A DNA stretch of 54,978 bases from Octopus sinensis (Eukaryota), in assembly GCF_006345805.1 (NCBI RefSeq), contig NW_021833767.1:1-54978 (forward strand). The letters are read 5' to 3'. The notes under the pieces were generated by a model. It had not been told where the DNA came from, did not search any database, and saw only the letters and a program-made list of their open reading frames with translations. Both the position numbers and the translations under genes were made by a program. Of the stretch, positions 24,294 to 36,700 are shown piece by piece; within the stretch, counting starts at the first letter, position 1, and each line of letters starts with the position of its first letter.

Positions 24294-24484
24294 CGCCATG
24301 ATAGATCGTTAGCCACTACACACATGCTTTTTCGCTCCTTGTTTTTTCCTGTGTCCCTTTTTGTAGAAGAGCGTAGGCTCGAAACGTAAAAGACGTTTTC
24401 TATTCCTGAGCCTTATACTAATACATCTGTTTTTAATTTGTACACAACCTGTCTTCGTCTTTTGTTTTCTTCGTAAACTCCCCC
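24291..24484 (+). mobile_element. Hammerhead-bearing element family E1, copy 3
   Basis: Colinear with the other E1 copies; (TA)n on both sides. Confidence 0.85.
24357..24392 (+). ncRNA. Minimal hammerhead-like fold, core UUGUAGA
   Basis: CUUU UUGUAGA A GAGC GUAG GCUC GAA ACGU A AAAG; H17=24388. Confidence 0.45.
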
Positions 24485-24708
24485 TATATATATATATATA
24501 TATATATGGGTATGTGTGTGTATATGCGTGTGTTTATATATATACACACACGCATATACGCACATACCCATATATATATATATATATGCGTGTGTGTGTG
24601 TGTGTGTGTATATGCGTGTGTATATATATATATATATATACACACACGCATATACACACATACCCACATATATAAATATATATATATATATTACATATAC
24701 ATATGTTT

Positions 24709-24755
<47 letters not shown>

Positions 24756-24774
24756 CACACACACACACACAAAC

Positions 24775-24925
24775 ACAACGGGCTTCTTTCAGTGTCCGTC
24801 TACCAAATCCACTCACAAGGCCTTGGTCGGCCCGAGGCTATAGTAGAAGACACTACTCAAGTTTCCATGCAGTGGAACTGAAACCGGAAACATGCGATAG
24901 GGAAGTAAGCTTCTTACCCCTCAGA
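24775..24925 (-). mobile_element. SINE family A left arm, diverged
   Basis: CCAAATCCACTCACAAGGCCTTGGTCGGCCCGAGGCTATAG. Confidence 0.75.
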
Positions 24926-25285
24926 CACACCTACCTACCTACCTGTCTGTCTGTCCATCTATATATACATAAACATATATAGAAAGATAGATAGATATAG
25001 ATAGATATATAGGTATATTTTATATCATAGTATGGTATATTGTAATATATTATGTAAGGGATTTTAGAACGGGATATTCTTCGTATATATTTCTCTGCTG
25101 AAGTTTCAACATAGAAGATCTATTTATCAATCAATAACAGCTATAACCAACCCTTCTGACGTGATTGAAAATTCTGTTCACATTTTCATTGAATATAATT
25201 ACAGAAATCCATACGTATACATACACACTTATTATATACAGTCTTACAAACAGAAACCACCTGAAGTAAGTACAGGAATAAAAAA

Positions 25286-25700
25286 TGAGTGGCTGTGTGG
25301 TAAGTAGCTTGCTAACCAACCACATGGTTCTTGGTTCAGTCCCACTGCGTGGCATCTTGAGCAAGTGTCTTCTGCTATAGCCCCGGGCCGACCAATGCCT
25401 TGTGAGTGGATTTGGTTGACGGAAACTGAAAGAAGCTTGTCGTATATATGTATATATATATATATGTATATATGTGTGTGTTTGTGTGTGTTTGTACCCC
25501 TAGCATTGCTTGACAACCGATGCCGGTGTGTTTACGTCCCCGTTACTTAGCGGTTCGGCAAAAGAGACCGATAGAATAAGTACTGGGCTTACAAAAAAAG
25601 AATAAGTCCCGGGGGGGGGGGCGATTTGCTCGACTAAAAGGCGGTGCTCCAGCATGGCCGCAGTCAAATGACTGAAACAAGTAAAAGAGAAAAGAGAAAG
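25286..25700 (+). mobile_element. SINE family A, full length
   Basis: Colinear with other copies. Confidence 0.9.
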
Positions 25701-25743
25701 AGATACGTCTATGTAAATACCCAAACTTCAGCGTTTAGATATA

Positions 25744-25799
<56 letters not shown>

Positions 25800-26089
25800 T
25801 GTATTGTAGGTAGAGTGGAGACCATATGAATAAAGTTTACTTATGTCTGTAGTCGGTGATTCACTGCCTTTTTAGTCTATGTACCCGGCGATTTGCGGAA
25901 GGCTTCTTGTTCAGGGATTTATCGGAAGGACCTAATAGCCTGAACGAATGCTTACCTGTATTTTGTGAATGGTTCGACGAATTCCTATGTGTATGTGTGT
26001 TTATGCAGGTGTACGTATGCACATATGTACGTACGCTGCGATGCATGTATGTATGTATGTATGTATGTATGTATGTATATCTATGCAGC

Positions 26090-26171
26090 TCTCTGACTCT
26101 CTGTCTCGTTCTTTCACCTCTCACTCAATCATTCTCTCTCTCGCTCTCTATCTCTCTCTCTCTCTCTCTCT

Positions 26172-26220
<49 letters not shown>

Positions 26221-26570
26221 ATATATATATTTGTGTGTGTGTAGATAGGTAGATAGTTAGGTAGATAGACAGACAGATGGGTAGGTAGATAGTTAGATAG
26301 ATAGACAGATGGGTAGGTAGATAGATAGACAGATGGGTAGGTAGATAGACAGACGGGTAGGTAGATAGACAGACGGGTAGGTAGATAGACAGATGGGTAG
26401 GTAGAAAGATAGACAGATGGGTAGGTAGATAGATAGACAGATGGGTAGGTAGGTAGATAGACAGATGGGTAGGTAGATAGGTAGACAGACGGGTAGGTAG
26501 ATAGGTAGATAGTTAGGTAAATAGATAGATAGATAGAGAGATAGAGAGAATTAGATAGACCGACAGAGCT
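26090..26570. repeat. (CT)n-(TA)n-(GATA/GACA/GGTA)n compound satellite
   Basis: Direct reading. Confidence 0.9.
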
Positions 26571-27144
26571 ATAGAGAAATAACTGTTCGATATGTCCTGC
26601 ACAAAATCATACTCAACACATAAAAATACGTATAAAAATTCACATTGATAAACACACACATTTTCGTGTATATATATATATATATATATAATATATATAT
26701 ATACATACACACACACACACAGCCATAAACACTTGCATATACACACATATATACATATACACATTCATGTGTGCGTCTCTGTGTACGCGAGTGTGACTTA
26801 TGTATGTATATACATGTAGTCTCGTGTGCGTATACACATACACACTGTATACATACAGCAGAACATAGTCATACGTGCATACATAACATTACTCATATCC
26901 CATTATCCATCGCAGTGGGTTTGTCTTTTCTTCTTCTAGTCTCGACGTCCGTAAATTATTTGCGAATTCCGTCGAAAAATCATGTCTTGATTTTGATATT
27001 TGTATATATATATATACATATATATATATATTGGGGCCTGGAGTCTATCCCGGAGTCGCCGTGGCTGTCTGGTTATTTACACGAAGAAGGTGCGGTACCC
27101 TGTTTGGTTAACTCTATTTCAATTTACTCCTCTTTTACAGACAA

Positions 27145-27190
<46 letters not shown>

Positions 27191-27303
27191 ATATACACGC
27201 ACTCAGAAAAACACATATTTACATATATTGATGTACACTTATGTATACATATACACACGTTCACACACTCACACACAGACACATTCATGTAAATACATGT
27301 ACT

Positions 27304-27344
<41 letters not shown>

Positions 27345-27505
27345 TCTATCAACGCTTGACAACCGGCAGTGGTTTGTTTACGTCCCGGTAACTTAGCGGA
27401 TCGGCAAAAATTGTACGATAAAATTAGTACCGGTCTTAAAAATAAGTATTTCGTCTACTAAACCCTTCAAGGCGCTGTTGTAGTATGGCCTGGGCTAATG
27501 ACTGA
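27345..27505 (+). mobile_element. SINE family A right arm, diverged
   Basis: GCTTGACAACCG...ACTTAGCGGATCGGCAAAA. Confidence 0.65.
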
Positions 27506-27686
27506 ATCATACATACATACATACCTAAATACAGACATACATACACACACACACACCACACACACACACATACGTACATATATATATATATATATACATA
27601 CATACACACACACATTCGTACACTTACACATAAATACACAATACTTTTTTTTACAATCACCATTGACTTTTTTTATTGATCACTTA

Positions 27687-27717
<31 letters not shown>

Positions 27718-28189
27718 TTATATTATTATTATTACTATTATTATGATTATTATTATTATTACAATTGTTAGATTTTATATAAAAAGCTATTTAACATCTC
27801 AATTGTTATTTCTATTAACGTTATTATTATTAATGTAATTGTTCTTCTTAAGCTGATGAAGGTTACAGCGAAATATTTTTTTCTTGGTTTTTCAATTAAT
27901 TATTTGGAATATTTCATCTTCATTTGTGCTTTAGCGTCTGTGTTCGAAATTTCACTATCGGAAATTAAAGAAATACATTTTTGATTTCCAGAAGAGAAAT
28001 TTTTAATGTAAAATGATCGGCATATGCCCCAGCATGGCCGCGTTCGAATACCGGAAACAAGAGAAAAGATACATTTAATTTGTACTTTTCCTTTTGTCTT
28101 TCCCCCACCATACTCGTTATCTTTTCATACGTAAATATGTACGTGTGTGTGTGTCTGTCTGTGTACGTGAGCGTGTATTTGTATGTGTG

Positions 28190-28300
28190 TGTGTGAGAGT
28201 GTGTGTGTGAGAGTGTGTGTGTGAGAGTGTGTGTGTGAGAGTGTGTGTGTGAGAGTGTGTGTGTGAGAGTGTGTGTGTGAGAGCGTGTGTGTGAGAGTGA
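28190..28300. repeat. 12-bp minisatellite (GTGTGTGTGAGA)n
   Basis: Direct reading. Confidence 0.9.
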
Positions 28301-28529
28301 GAGTGTGTGTGTGCGTGTGTGTATGTATGCGTGCGTGTATGTATGCGTGCGTACTCACTCGTTTGTGTTTACTCGCCGCCTTCTTCTTCGCTTCACGTTA
28401 GCCGAATGTGAACACGTATATTTACACGTGAAAGTTAGCTTCGTGCGGGCCACCACTGACTACCAACACAGACACCCTTCGCCTGAAATTTCTAAACCAC
28501 TTGTCTATTCAAATATTATTAACTGCATT

Positions 28530-28718
28530 AAGGCGGCGAACAGGCAGAATTATCAGCACGCCGGGCGGCATTTCAAATACCGCCGCAGCCGGCTTTTCCT
28601 TTCATCATTTGGGATTCGATAGAATATATACCATTTGAACAATGGGGTCGATGTAATATACTAAGTCTTACCCCTAAAACTGCTGGCCTTGTGCCAAAAT
28701 TTGAAATCGATATTAGAA
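28530..28718 (+). mobile_element. SINE family B, diverged
   Basis: AAGGCGGCGAACAGGCAGAATT head; tail 2 remnant. Confidence 0.6.
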
Positions 28719-29239
28719 GTGATTGCATATGTGTTACATAAAGTATTGTGTTTGTATGGTACAGCTGCCTTCCTTTTTGTTAGAATATGTGTAAGGTGTG
28801 GTATAAGAGTATATATATGCACTTGTATGTATATATATATATGTGTGTGTGTATGTGTGTGTGTGTATGTATGTGTGTGTGTGTGTATATATGTGTGTGT
28901 ATATATATATATATGTACGAATGTGTGTGTGTATATATGTACGAATGTGTATGCGTGTTTGTGTATACGTATTGTGCATTTAGTTGGGTATTTTGTGCAA
29001 ACAAATCGTTGTGCGTGCCTGTACGTGTAAAGATGTATGTATGTATAAAATATGTTGCGAGTGGATGAGTAGAATATTAGTATGCTTTATATGAGTCGAA
29101 ACAGAAATACCTTTTTCCACCAAGAAAACACTGTACACGCATAGTTTCTATACATCACTGTTCGAAGCGAAACCATGCACAGCGCACACATTTGTCTTAA
29201 GCCTTTCTGATGTTCCCAATAAGAATAATATTAATATTA

Positions 29240-29435
29240 TTGCTACTTTAGCACAAAGCCTTGCAAGTCTGTTGGGAGGACAAGGGGCTAGTCGATTACA
29301 TCGACCCCAGTGCGTAGCTGATACTTATTTTATCGATCCGGAAAGGATGAAAAGCAAAAGTCGACCTCAGCGAAATTTGAACTCAGAACGTAGCGACGAG
29401 CGAAATATCGCTAAGCATTTCGTCCAGCGTGCTAA
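29240..29435 (-). mobile_element. SINE family B (tail 2)
   Basis: GTCGATTACATCGACCCCAG...AGTCGACCTCAGCGAAATTTGAACTC. Confidence 0.8.
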
Positions 29436-29689
29436 ATAATAATAATAATAATAATAATAAGGATTAAAATGATGATGATTTCATGTATTTGCCAGGAGGG
29501 CGAAATATTTGGCGGACAATACAAAACAAGTCATAAAGTGTGGGGGTTTACATATAATGGAACGATAAAATAAATAGGTATAAAAAGGAGTGTACACGGT
29601 ATACAATAAAAAAAGAAGGGAACATATATAGTAAAACAATGGTTAAAAAGGATAATAAATAAAATAATAATACTAATAATTATTAAAAA

Positions 29690-29880
29690 TTTTAGCACAA
29701 AGGCAGAGATTTTGAGGGGAGGGGTTATTTTTGTTACATCGATACCAGTCAGAAATTGCACTTATCTTATCCATCTCAAATGTAAGAAAGATAAGGTCGA
29801 CCTCAGTGAAATTTCTGACTCTGAATATAAAGAGATGATAGAAATACCGCTAAGAATTATGTGACCCACGCGCTAATAAC
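29690..29880 (-). mobile_element. SINE family B, diverged
   Basis: GGTCGACCTCAGTGAAATTTCTGACTCTGAA. Confidence 0.6.
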
Positions 29881-30216
29881 TCTACCAATTAGATACACAG
29901 AGCCTGCCAGTCCAGTATTGAGTATAGGGGCAGATACGGATGCCTTGGTCCTCGGTATTCGGCCGTTTCTTTCATAATTTATCGACTGCGAAATGATAAC
30001 TGGCATAGCCGACTTCGCCAGGTCTAGAACTCAGAAATTAACATCGGAAACAAGCAATGAACAGCATTTTAATAACGATAAATAATACTTCGACTGGACT
30101 TATGGACTGAAAATGTGAGAAAGAGTAAAAAAAAATTTTTTTAAAAAGCAAAATACGAGGGAAAATAGTAGATGACATAACGGTGATATCACACACAAAT
30201 ACACGCGCACACACGC

Positions 30217-30262
<46 letters not shown>

Positions 30263-30342
30263 CAATAATTTAATAAATAAAACATATGCATACATACATA
30301 TATGTACATACCTACATCTATATGTATATATACATGCATATA

Positions 30343-30507
30343 TGAGTACAGGACACCACAAATAAACGTAGAACACAACGAGAAACGAAAACATAAAATC
30401 AAACCAGGATACGGACTTTTTTTAACAACGAAAAAAAAAAACAGAGTACAAGACAAACAATACAAAGAATTTTCCCCTGCTTCAGCTGCCCCTGTTTCGA
30501 CTCAATG
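30343..30507 (-). mobile_element. Short element family F
   Basis: TGAGTACAGGACACCACAAATAAAC...ACAAGACAAACAATAC; same family as 40955-41090 and 41250-41405. Confidence 0.8.
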
Positions 30508-30689
30508 ATATATATATATATATAAATATTGTATGCCGTGTATTCTCATTTTCTGAGGGGTGGGATTTGTTATTGTTGATGCAATTTTGTAGCATTACAC
30601 TTACTTTTAGAGTGTGTGTGTGTGTGTCTTTTTACTTATCTGCAGGTTTTGTATATTGGTTTCCTGACTTCTTTAATACTACGAAATGT

Positions 30690-33600
30690 TGAGCTTTAAT
30701 AGAGACAGGGTGAGCGAGGTTGGAGGAAGAAACAGAGAGATCGAGAGACCAAGAGACAAAACAAGACGGAGAGATAGACAAAACCATTCAGAGAGAATGA
30801 AAGACAGAAAGATCACGAGAGAGAGAGAGAGAGAGAGAGCAAGAGAGTGAGAGAGAGAGAGAGAGTGAAAGATAACGACATAGAAGGAGATAAATAGATG
30901 GAAAAGGGGGAGACGGGTAAAGAGGAGGCTGCTGTGTTGGAACGAAGATGCGATGTGGTGCCGGTATTCACACACAGTAGCTCGCTACTCACTTGTGGCT
31001 CGGCGTCTGCAGTCTTCTCCACCTTGTTTTAAAAATTCTTCTGCCTCGCCTTTCGCTCTCCATTCTCTTCCACCACACCTCGCCACCACCACCACCCCTA
31101 CTCCACCACCACCGCCTCTATACTGCATCAACACCCCCCATCACCACCACCCTCAACCCTCTTACTCATCCTTTAATTGTTATTTCTTCTCTTTCCGTTC
31201 GCCGCTGTTTTTCTTCATCTCGTCTCTCATTCTTCCTGTTATTCACTTTCATGTTGTTCTTGTTGTTGTTGTTAGCGTTGATAGAGTATTTGTTTTTTCT
31301 TTCGATGTTTTTGTTATTGCGGTGGTTGCCTCTCTTCTTCTTCTGCTTCTTCATTTTCTTCTTTTTCTTTTTCTTTTTCTTCTTCTTCTTCTTCTTCGTC
31401 TTCTACTTCTTCGTCTTCTTCTGCATTTTCTTCTTTTTCTTGTTCTTCTTCTTCTTTCCTTTTCCTTCCTCTTCTTGTAGCTGTACTTCTACTACTACTA
31501 CCACTACTACTACTACTGATGCTGCTGCTTTTACTATCGTAACCACTTCTAATACCACTACCAGTACTACTACTTAAAACCACCACTACTACTACTACTT
31601 CTGCTTCTCATGTTTTAGTACCAGGAAAAGCTACTATTACAACTACTACTACTTTTACTATCGTAACCACTTCTTGTACCACTACCAGTACTACTACTAA
31701 ACCCACCACCACTACTACAACTACCACTTCTGTTTCTCATGTTTTAGTACCAGGAAAAGCTACTACTACTACTACTACTACTATATTTCTTATCCCTCTT
31801 TCTTGTCCTTCTCGGCTTCGTTCTTTTGTACCCCTATTTTCTTCTGTCTTATCGGTTTCCTCTCTCTCTTTCTCTCATTCACTTTCATCTGCATTCTCTT
31901 CTTCCTTTCATCTTCACTTTTATCATCTTTCATCTACTTTTCAGTTTGTTGTTGGTCTTCTACCAAAGCGGAAATATCGTTTTTTTTTTGCCTTTATTTC
32001 TTATTTATTTTTCGCTTTTTTTTTTTATAAAAAATTTTCCTGCTTCCACCCTATACTGACAATTCTCACCGTTCACATTATCATCTATTTCTTTATTACC
32101 CACAAGGGGCCAAACACAGAGGGGACAAACAAGAACAGACATAGGTATTAAGTTGATTATATCAACCCCAGTGCGTAACTGGTACTTAATTTATCGACCC
32201 CGAAACGATGAAAGGCAAAGTCGACCTCGGCGGAATTTGAACTCACAACGTAACGGCAGTAAGTTCAAATTCCGATCGTCGTCATCATCATCATCATTAA
32301 TATTATCCCCATCATCATCGTTGTCATCATCAGTAACACTACCAGATCCACCTCCACCGAAATCGTCATCATTATCAACATCTTAGTCGTCATCATCACC
32401 ATCGTCATCATCATTACAATCAGCGCCGCCGTCGCCGTTGTCATCACCATCATCATCATCACCACAATCATTATCACTAGCATTTTGAAAAAATCATTGA
32501 AAAAATCCTCATCCTCATCATCCTCATCATCATCATCGTCATCATCATAATTATCATCACCATCATCATCATCATATAATCATCGTCATCATTATAATCA
32601 TCGTCATCATTATATCATCATCATCATTATAATCATCGTCATCATTATAATCATCATTATAATCATCATCATTATAATCATCATCATCATTATAATCATA
32701 ATCGTCATCATCATTATCGTCATCATTATCGTCATCATCATTATCGTCATCATCATTATCGTCATCATCATTATCGTCATCATCATTATCGTCATCATCA
32801 TTATCGTCATCATCATTATCGTCATCATCATTATCGTCATCATCATTATCGTCATCATCATTATCGTCATCATTATTATAATCCTCATCAGTATCATCAT
32901 CGTCGTCATCATTATCGTCATCATCATTATCATTATCATCATTATCGTCATCATCATTATCGTCATCATCATTATCGTCATCATCATTATCGTCATCATC
33001 ATTATCGTCATCATCATTATCGTCATCATCATTATCGTCATCATCATTATCGTCATCATCATTATCGTCATCATTATTATAATCCTCATCAGTATCATCA
33101 TCGTCGTCATCATCATCGTCATTATCATTATCATCATCATTATAACCATCATCATCGTCATCAACATCATCACCACTATTAGCAGCATCGTTATCATCAT
33201 AACAACCACCGATCTGTTTATTTTTCTCTTTTTCTTTTTTTTTTTCTATTTTTGGCCCCTTTCCTTTCCTTATATCCCTGCTTCCTCCTTAACCCTTATA
33301 ACCATTCCCAATGTACCAAAATTAAAGAATACCGATTGAAATTCTTCGAAAAATATCATTTTTATTCACTCAATTCTCATCTCAAGTAGACATAACTTTC
33401 TATGGCATTTGCACTGTTGCAGCGCGTCATATTAATACCAGTTATATACCGTGGTTCATATTTCGGGAAACTTGTAATCTGAAAAAAAAAAGAAAAAACA
33501 AACTGTCAATCCACTAACTTGGTTGAATTATCTTTTTGTAAAATATCTTATACTGTTAATCCATTTACTACTACTACTACTACATTCCTACTGTTACTAT

Positions 33601-35240
33601 CTTCACCACTTCTAATGCCACTATCAGTACTACTACCAAAACCACTACCAAGACCACCACCACCACTACTACTACTTTTTTGTTCATATTGCTGTTCTAC
33701 TAGTACCAGCAAAAGCTACTAACACTACTACTATTACTACTACTATCACTACTACTACTATTACTACTACTACTATTACTACTATTACTACTACTATTAC
33801 TACTACTACTATTACTACTACTACTATTTCTACTACTACTATTACTACTACTACTATTACTACAACTACTACTATTACTACTATTACTACTACTACTATT
33901 ACTACTACTATTACTACTATTACTACTACTATTACTACTACTACTATTACTACTATTAATACTACTACTATTACTACTATTACTACTACTACTACTGTTG
34001 CTGCTACTGTTACCACATACATCACTACCACCACCACCACAATTGCTACTACTACTACTATTATTACTGCTGTTGCTGTTGGTACTACTGTTACCACATA
34101 CACCACCGCCACACCGTCACCACCACCACAACTACTGCTGCTTGTACTACAACTAATGCTGCTGTTGAGGATATTGCTGCAGAAATTAGTATTAGACTGA
34201 TATAATCTTAATTTCTTACATTTTTATGTATTCATAACAGCAGCAGCAGCAGTAGTAGTAGTAGTAGTATTCTTAGTAGTAGTGTTGGTGATGATGATGA
34301 TGGAAGTGATGGTGGCAGCATCGGTTTTAGCAGCAGCAGAATCTACTACCAGCGCAGCACACTAGTGGCTGTGTGTAGCGATGTGAGATGCTCCCGCTGC
34401 CAGAGCAGAACCCTCCTCCACCACCTCCTCTGCATGCCGGGTTTCTCTCTACTACATATCGACGTACAATCGAACGCTCTTCCTCTACTACTACTACTAA
34501 TAATAATAATAATAATAGCATCACCAACACCACCTCTATTACTACTACTACTGCTGCTGCTATTACTACTACTACTACTAATAATAATAATATTAATAAT
34601 AATACCAGCATCACCAACACCACCGCCACTACTACAACCGCTGCTGCTTTTACTACTGCTACTAACACGACTACTACTGCTGCTACTAATACGACTGCTA
34701 CTATTGCTACTACTACTATTACTACTACCATCACCAGCATCACCACCACCACTACTACTACTATTACTGCTGCTGCTATTACTAATATTACTACTACTAT
34801 TACTACTACTACTACTACCACCAACAACATCATCACTATTACTACTACTACTTCTACATCTACTACTGGCAGTAGTTGTAGTAACAGTAGTAGTGATATT
34901 TGCTGTAGTAGTACATCTACTACCACTTTTCATGTACATTTGATGTTTATACTCACTTTTATCCGCTCTTTCAGTCTCCTCATCACAACCGCCACCACAA
35001 CCATCTACACTGTCATCATTACCATCATCATCATCGTCATCACCATCTTCGTCATCATCCTCGTCATCATCACCATCGTCATCATCACCATCGTCATCAT
35101 CACCATCGTCATCATCACCATCGTCATCACCGTCATCATCACCATCGTCATCATAATCGCCATCATCATCACCATCGTCATCATCATCACCATCGTCATC
35201 ATCATCGGTGTCGTCTTCGTCGTCGTTGTCACCACTTGCC
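30690..35240. repeat. Domain of (GA)n then trinucleotide repeats: (CAC)n, (CTT)n, (CTA)n, (CAT)n
   Basis: Direct reading; includes 15-bp units ATCATCATTATCGTC (32.7-33.07 kb) and ATCATCACCATCGTC (35.06-35.2 kb), and a duplicated unit of about 125 bp at 31.52-31.78 kb. Confidence 0.9.
32085..32258 (-). mobile_element. SINE family B 3' part (tail 1)
   Basis: GAAAGGCAAAGTCGACCTCGGCGGAATTTGAACTC. Confidence 0.85.
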
Positions 35241-35784
35241 GTTTAGTCTTATCGGCGTGGTCGCAAATGTATGTCCAAACTCTTTCGGGGAAATTCCCCC
35301 ACCCCACTCAACCCCACCCCAACCTGATCATCCACTCACCCCCAATTAACAACTCCCCCCAAAATATATGAAAGCAAGAAGACATAAGGAGGACGGAGGG
35401 GGGAGAAATAAAGGGAGAAAAAGATGGAGAATGAAAGTCGATGTCAAACAAGAGATAGAGGAAGGAAAAAATTTCTTGATGGAAAATATAGAGTTGGTGT
35501 ATATACGAATGTATTTCATGATCTCCGTGTTGTAAGCGGCGTAATACACAACATGTGTACGTATAAATGCGGTACTCTTGATTTAAGTAGGCTTCGTTGT
35601 TCATTAGCGTGTAATTAACTTAAGGAGTTGTGTAAAAAAAAATTACATAGAGAATAGAATCTATAGATGCTAACCGTTGGAAAGAAAGAGATTGTCAGAG
35701 AAATATTATATTTCACACATACATAATTACGTAAATCGATATCCATATCCATACACGTACGCACATACACACATACATATATAT

Positions 35785-36000
35785 ATAAATGTGACCGCGT
35801 GTGTACCGTTGGCGATTTTTTTTCTCCTCCGTCTTCCCTTCTTTGGATGTTTCGTTTTCCTATGTTTCTGACGAAGATCTCCGCTCGAAACGTTAAATCC
35901 TTCTTCTTTCTTTCATTGCCTGAGCGTCCAATAACGCTATACTTGTTCCACGTCCTCGCGTTATTGTGTTTTCTCTTTGTGTTTTCATGTTTGGATTAAC
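35785..36000 (+). mobile_element. Hammerhead-bearing short element family E3
   Basis: Between CA/TA runs; same layout as E1 (pyrimidine tract, hammerhead, CCTGAGCGT, T-rich 3' part, (TA)n). Confidence 0.6.
35864..35898 (+). ncRNA. Minimal type I hammerhead, canonical core CUGACGA
   Basis: GUUU CUGACGA A GAUC UCC GCUC GAA ACGU U AAAU; one mismatch in helix II; H17=35894. Confidence 0.6.
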
Positions 36001-36063
36001 TATATATATATATATATACATACATACATATGAAGTTTTTGCCTAATACGATAAAAACCTAGG

Positions 36064-36125
<62 letters not shown>

Positions 36126-36139
36126 GCATTTATAGATAG

Positions 36140-36191
36140 GTCTTACAGCTGTTTCTAGGATATTGATTAATAATATCCCTTCATCGGAGAC
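36140..36191 (-). ncRNA. Type I hammerhead fold, core CCGAUGA (U4C)
   Basis: GUCU CCGAUGA A GGGAUAUU [7 nt] AAUAUCCU A GAA ACAGCUGU A AGAC; 8-nt palindromic helix III, GUA triplet (H17=36144). Confidence 0.6.
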
Positions 36192-36409
36192 GATGTGAGA
36201 GGCAAAATTAAGTCATAGTTAGTTTCAGTGTGATACAAATAGAGTGAAGTGAAGGAAAGAAAATAGATGTAAGATATTTATGGTTATTGAATTCGTACAT
36301 ACATATACATGCATATATACACATGTATATACGTGTGTATGCATCTGTGTATTTCTGTGTATAGACATAGGTATATACCTTTGTGGAGAAATAAAAGAAA
36401 TATATTAAG

Positions 36410-36700
36410 CACATTTAACATAACCTTTCGGATAATGTCTTTCTTCAGTATAAGTTTGCACACTCATGAATAACAATGGCTTACAGCTAAATCAGAATAA
36501 TATAACATGAAAACGTGAAGCACAGCTTGTACATATTTTTTTAATATCCTTCAATTTTTTTATCATTTATAGTTTCCTTTGCTAACTACCATTGACATGA
36601 CGTTTCGGATATTTTATTTCTTCAGTATATGTTTTTGATTGTACACTAAAGAATACAAATGTATTACAGCTAAAACAGGATGATTAAACGTGAAAGCTCA
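36410..36700 (-). repeat. Two diverged tandem units (period about 177 bp), each with a degenerate hammerhead core
   Basis: TTTCGGATA...TTCTTCAGTATA...TTACAGCTAAA...AAACGTGAA at 36426 and 36603. Confidence 0.6.

Noticed and set aside
32610-33209. 199-aa (MMMTI)n ORF
   Set aside because: Pure translation of the 15-bp satellite.
34388-35371. 327-aa Thr/Ile-rich ORF and overlapping ORFs as a mucin-like gene
   Set aside because: Open in several frames on both strands because the repeats lack stop codons; no non-repetitive domain or signal peptide.
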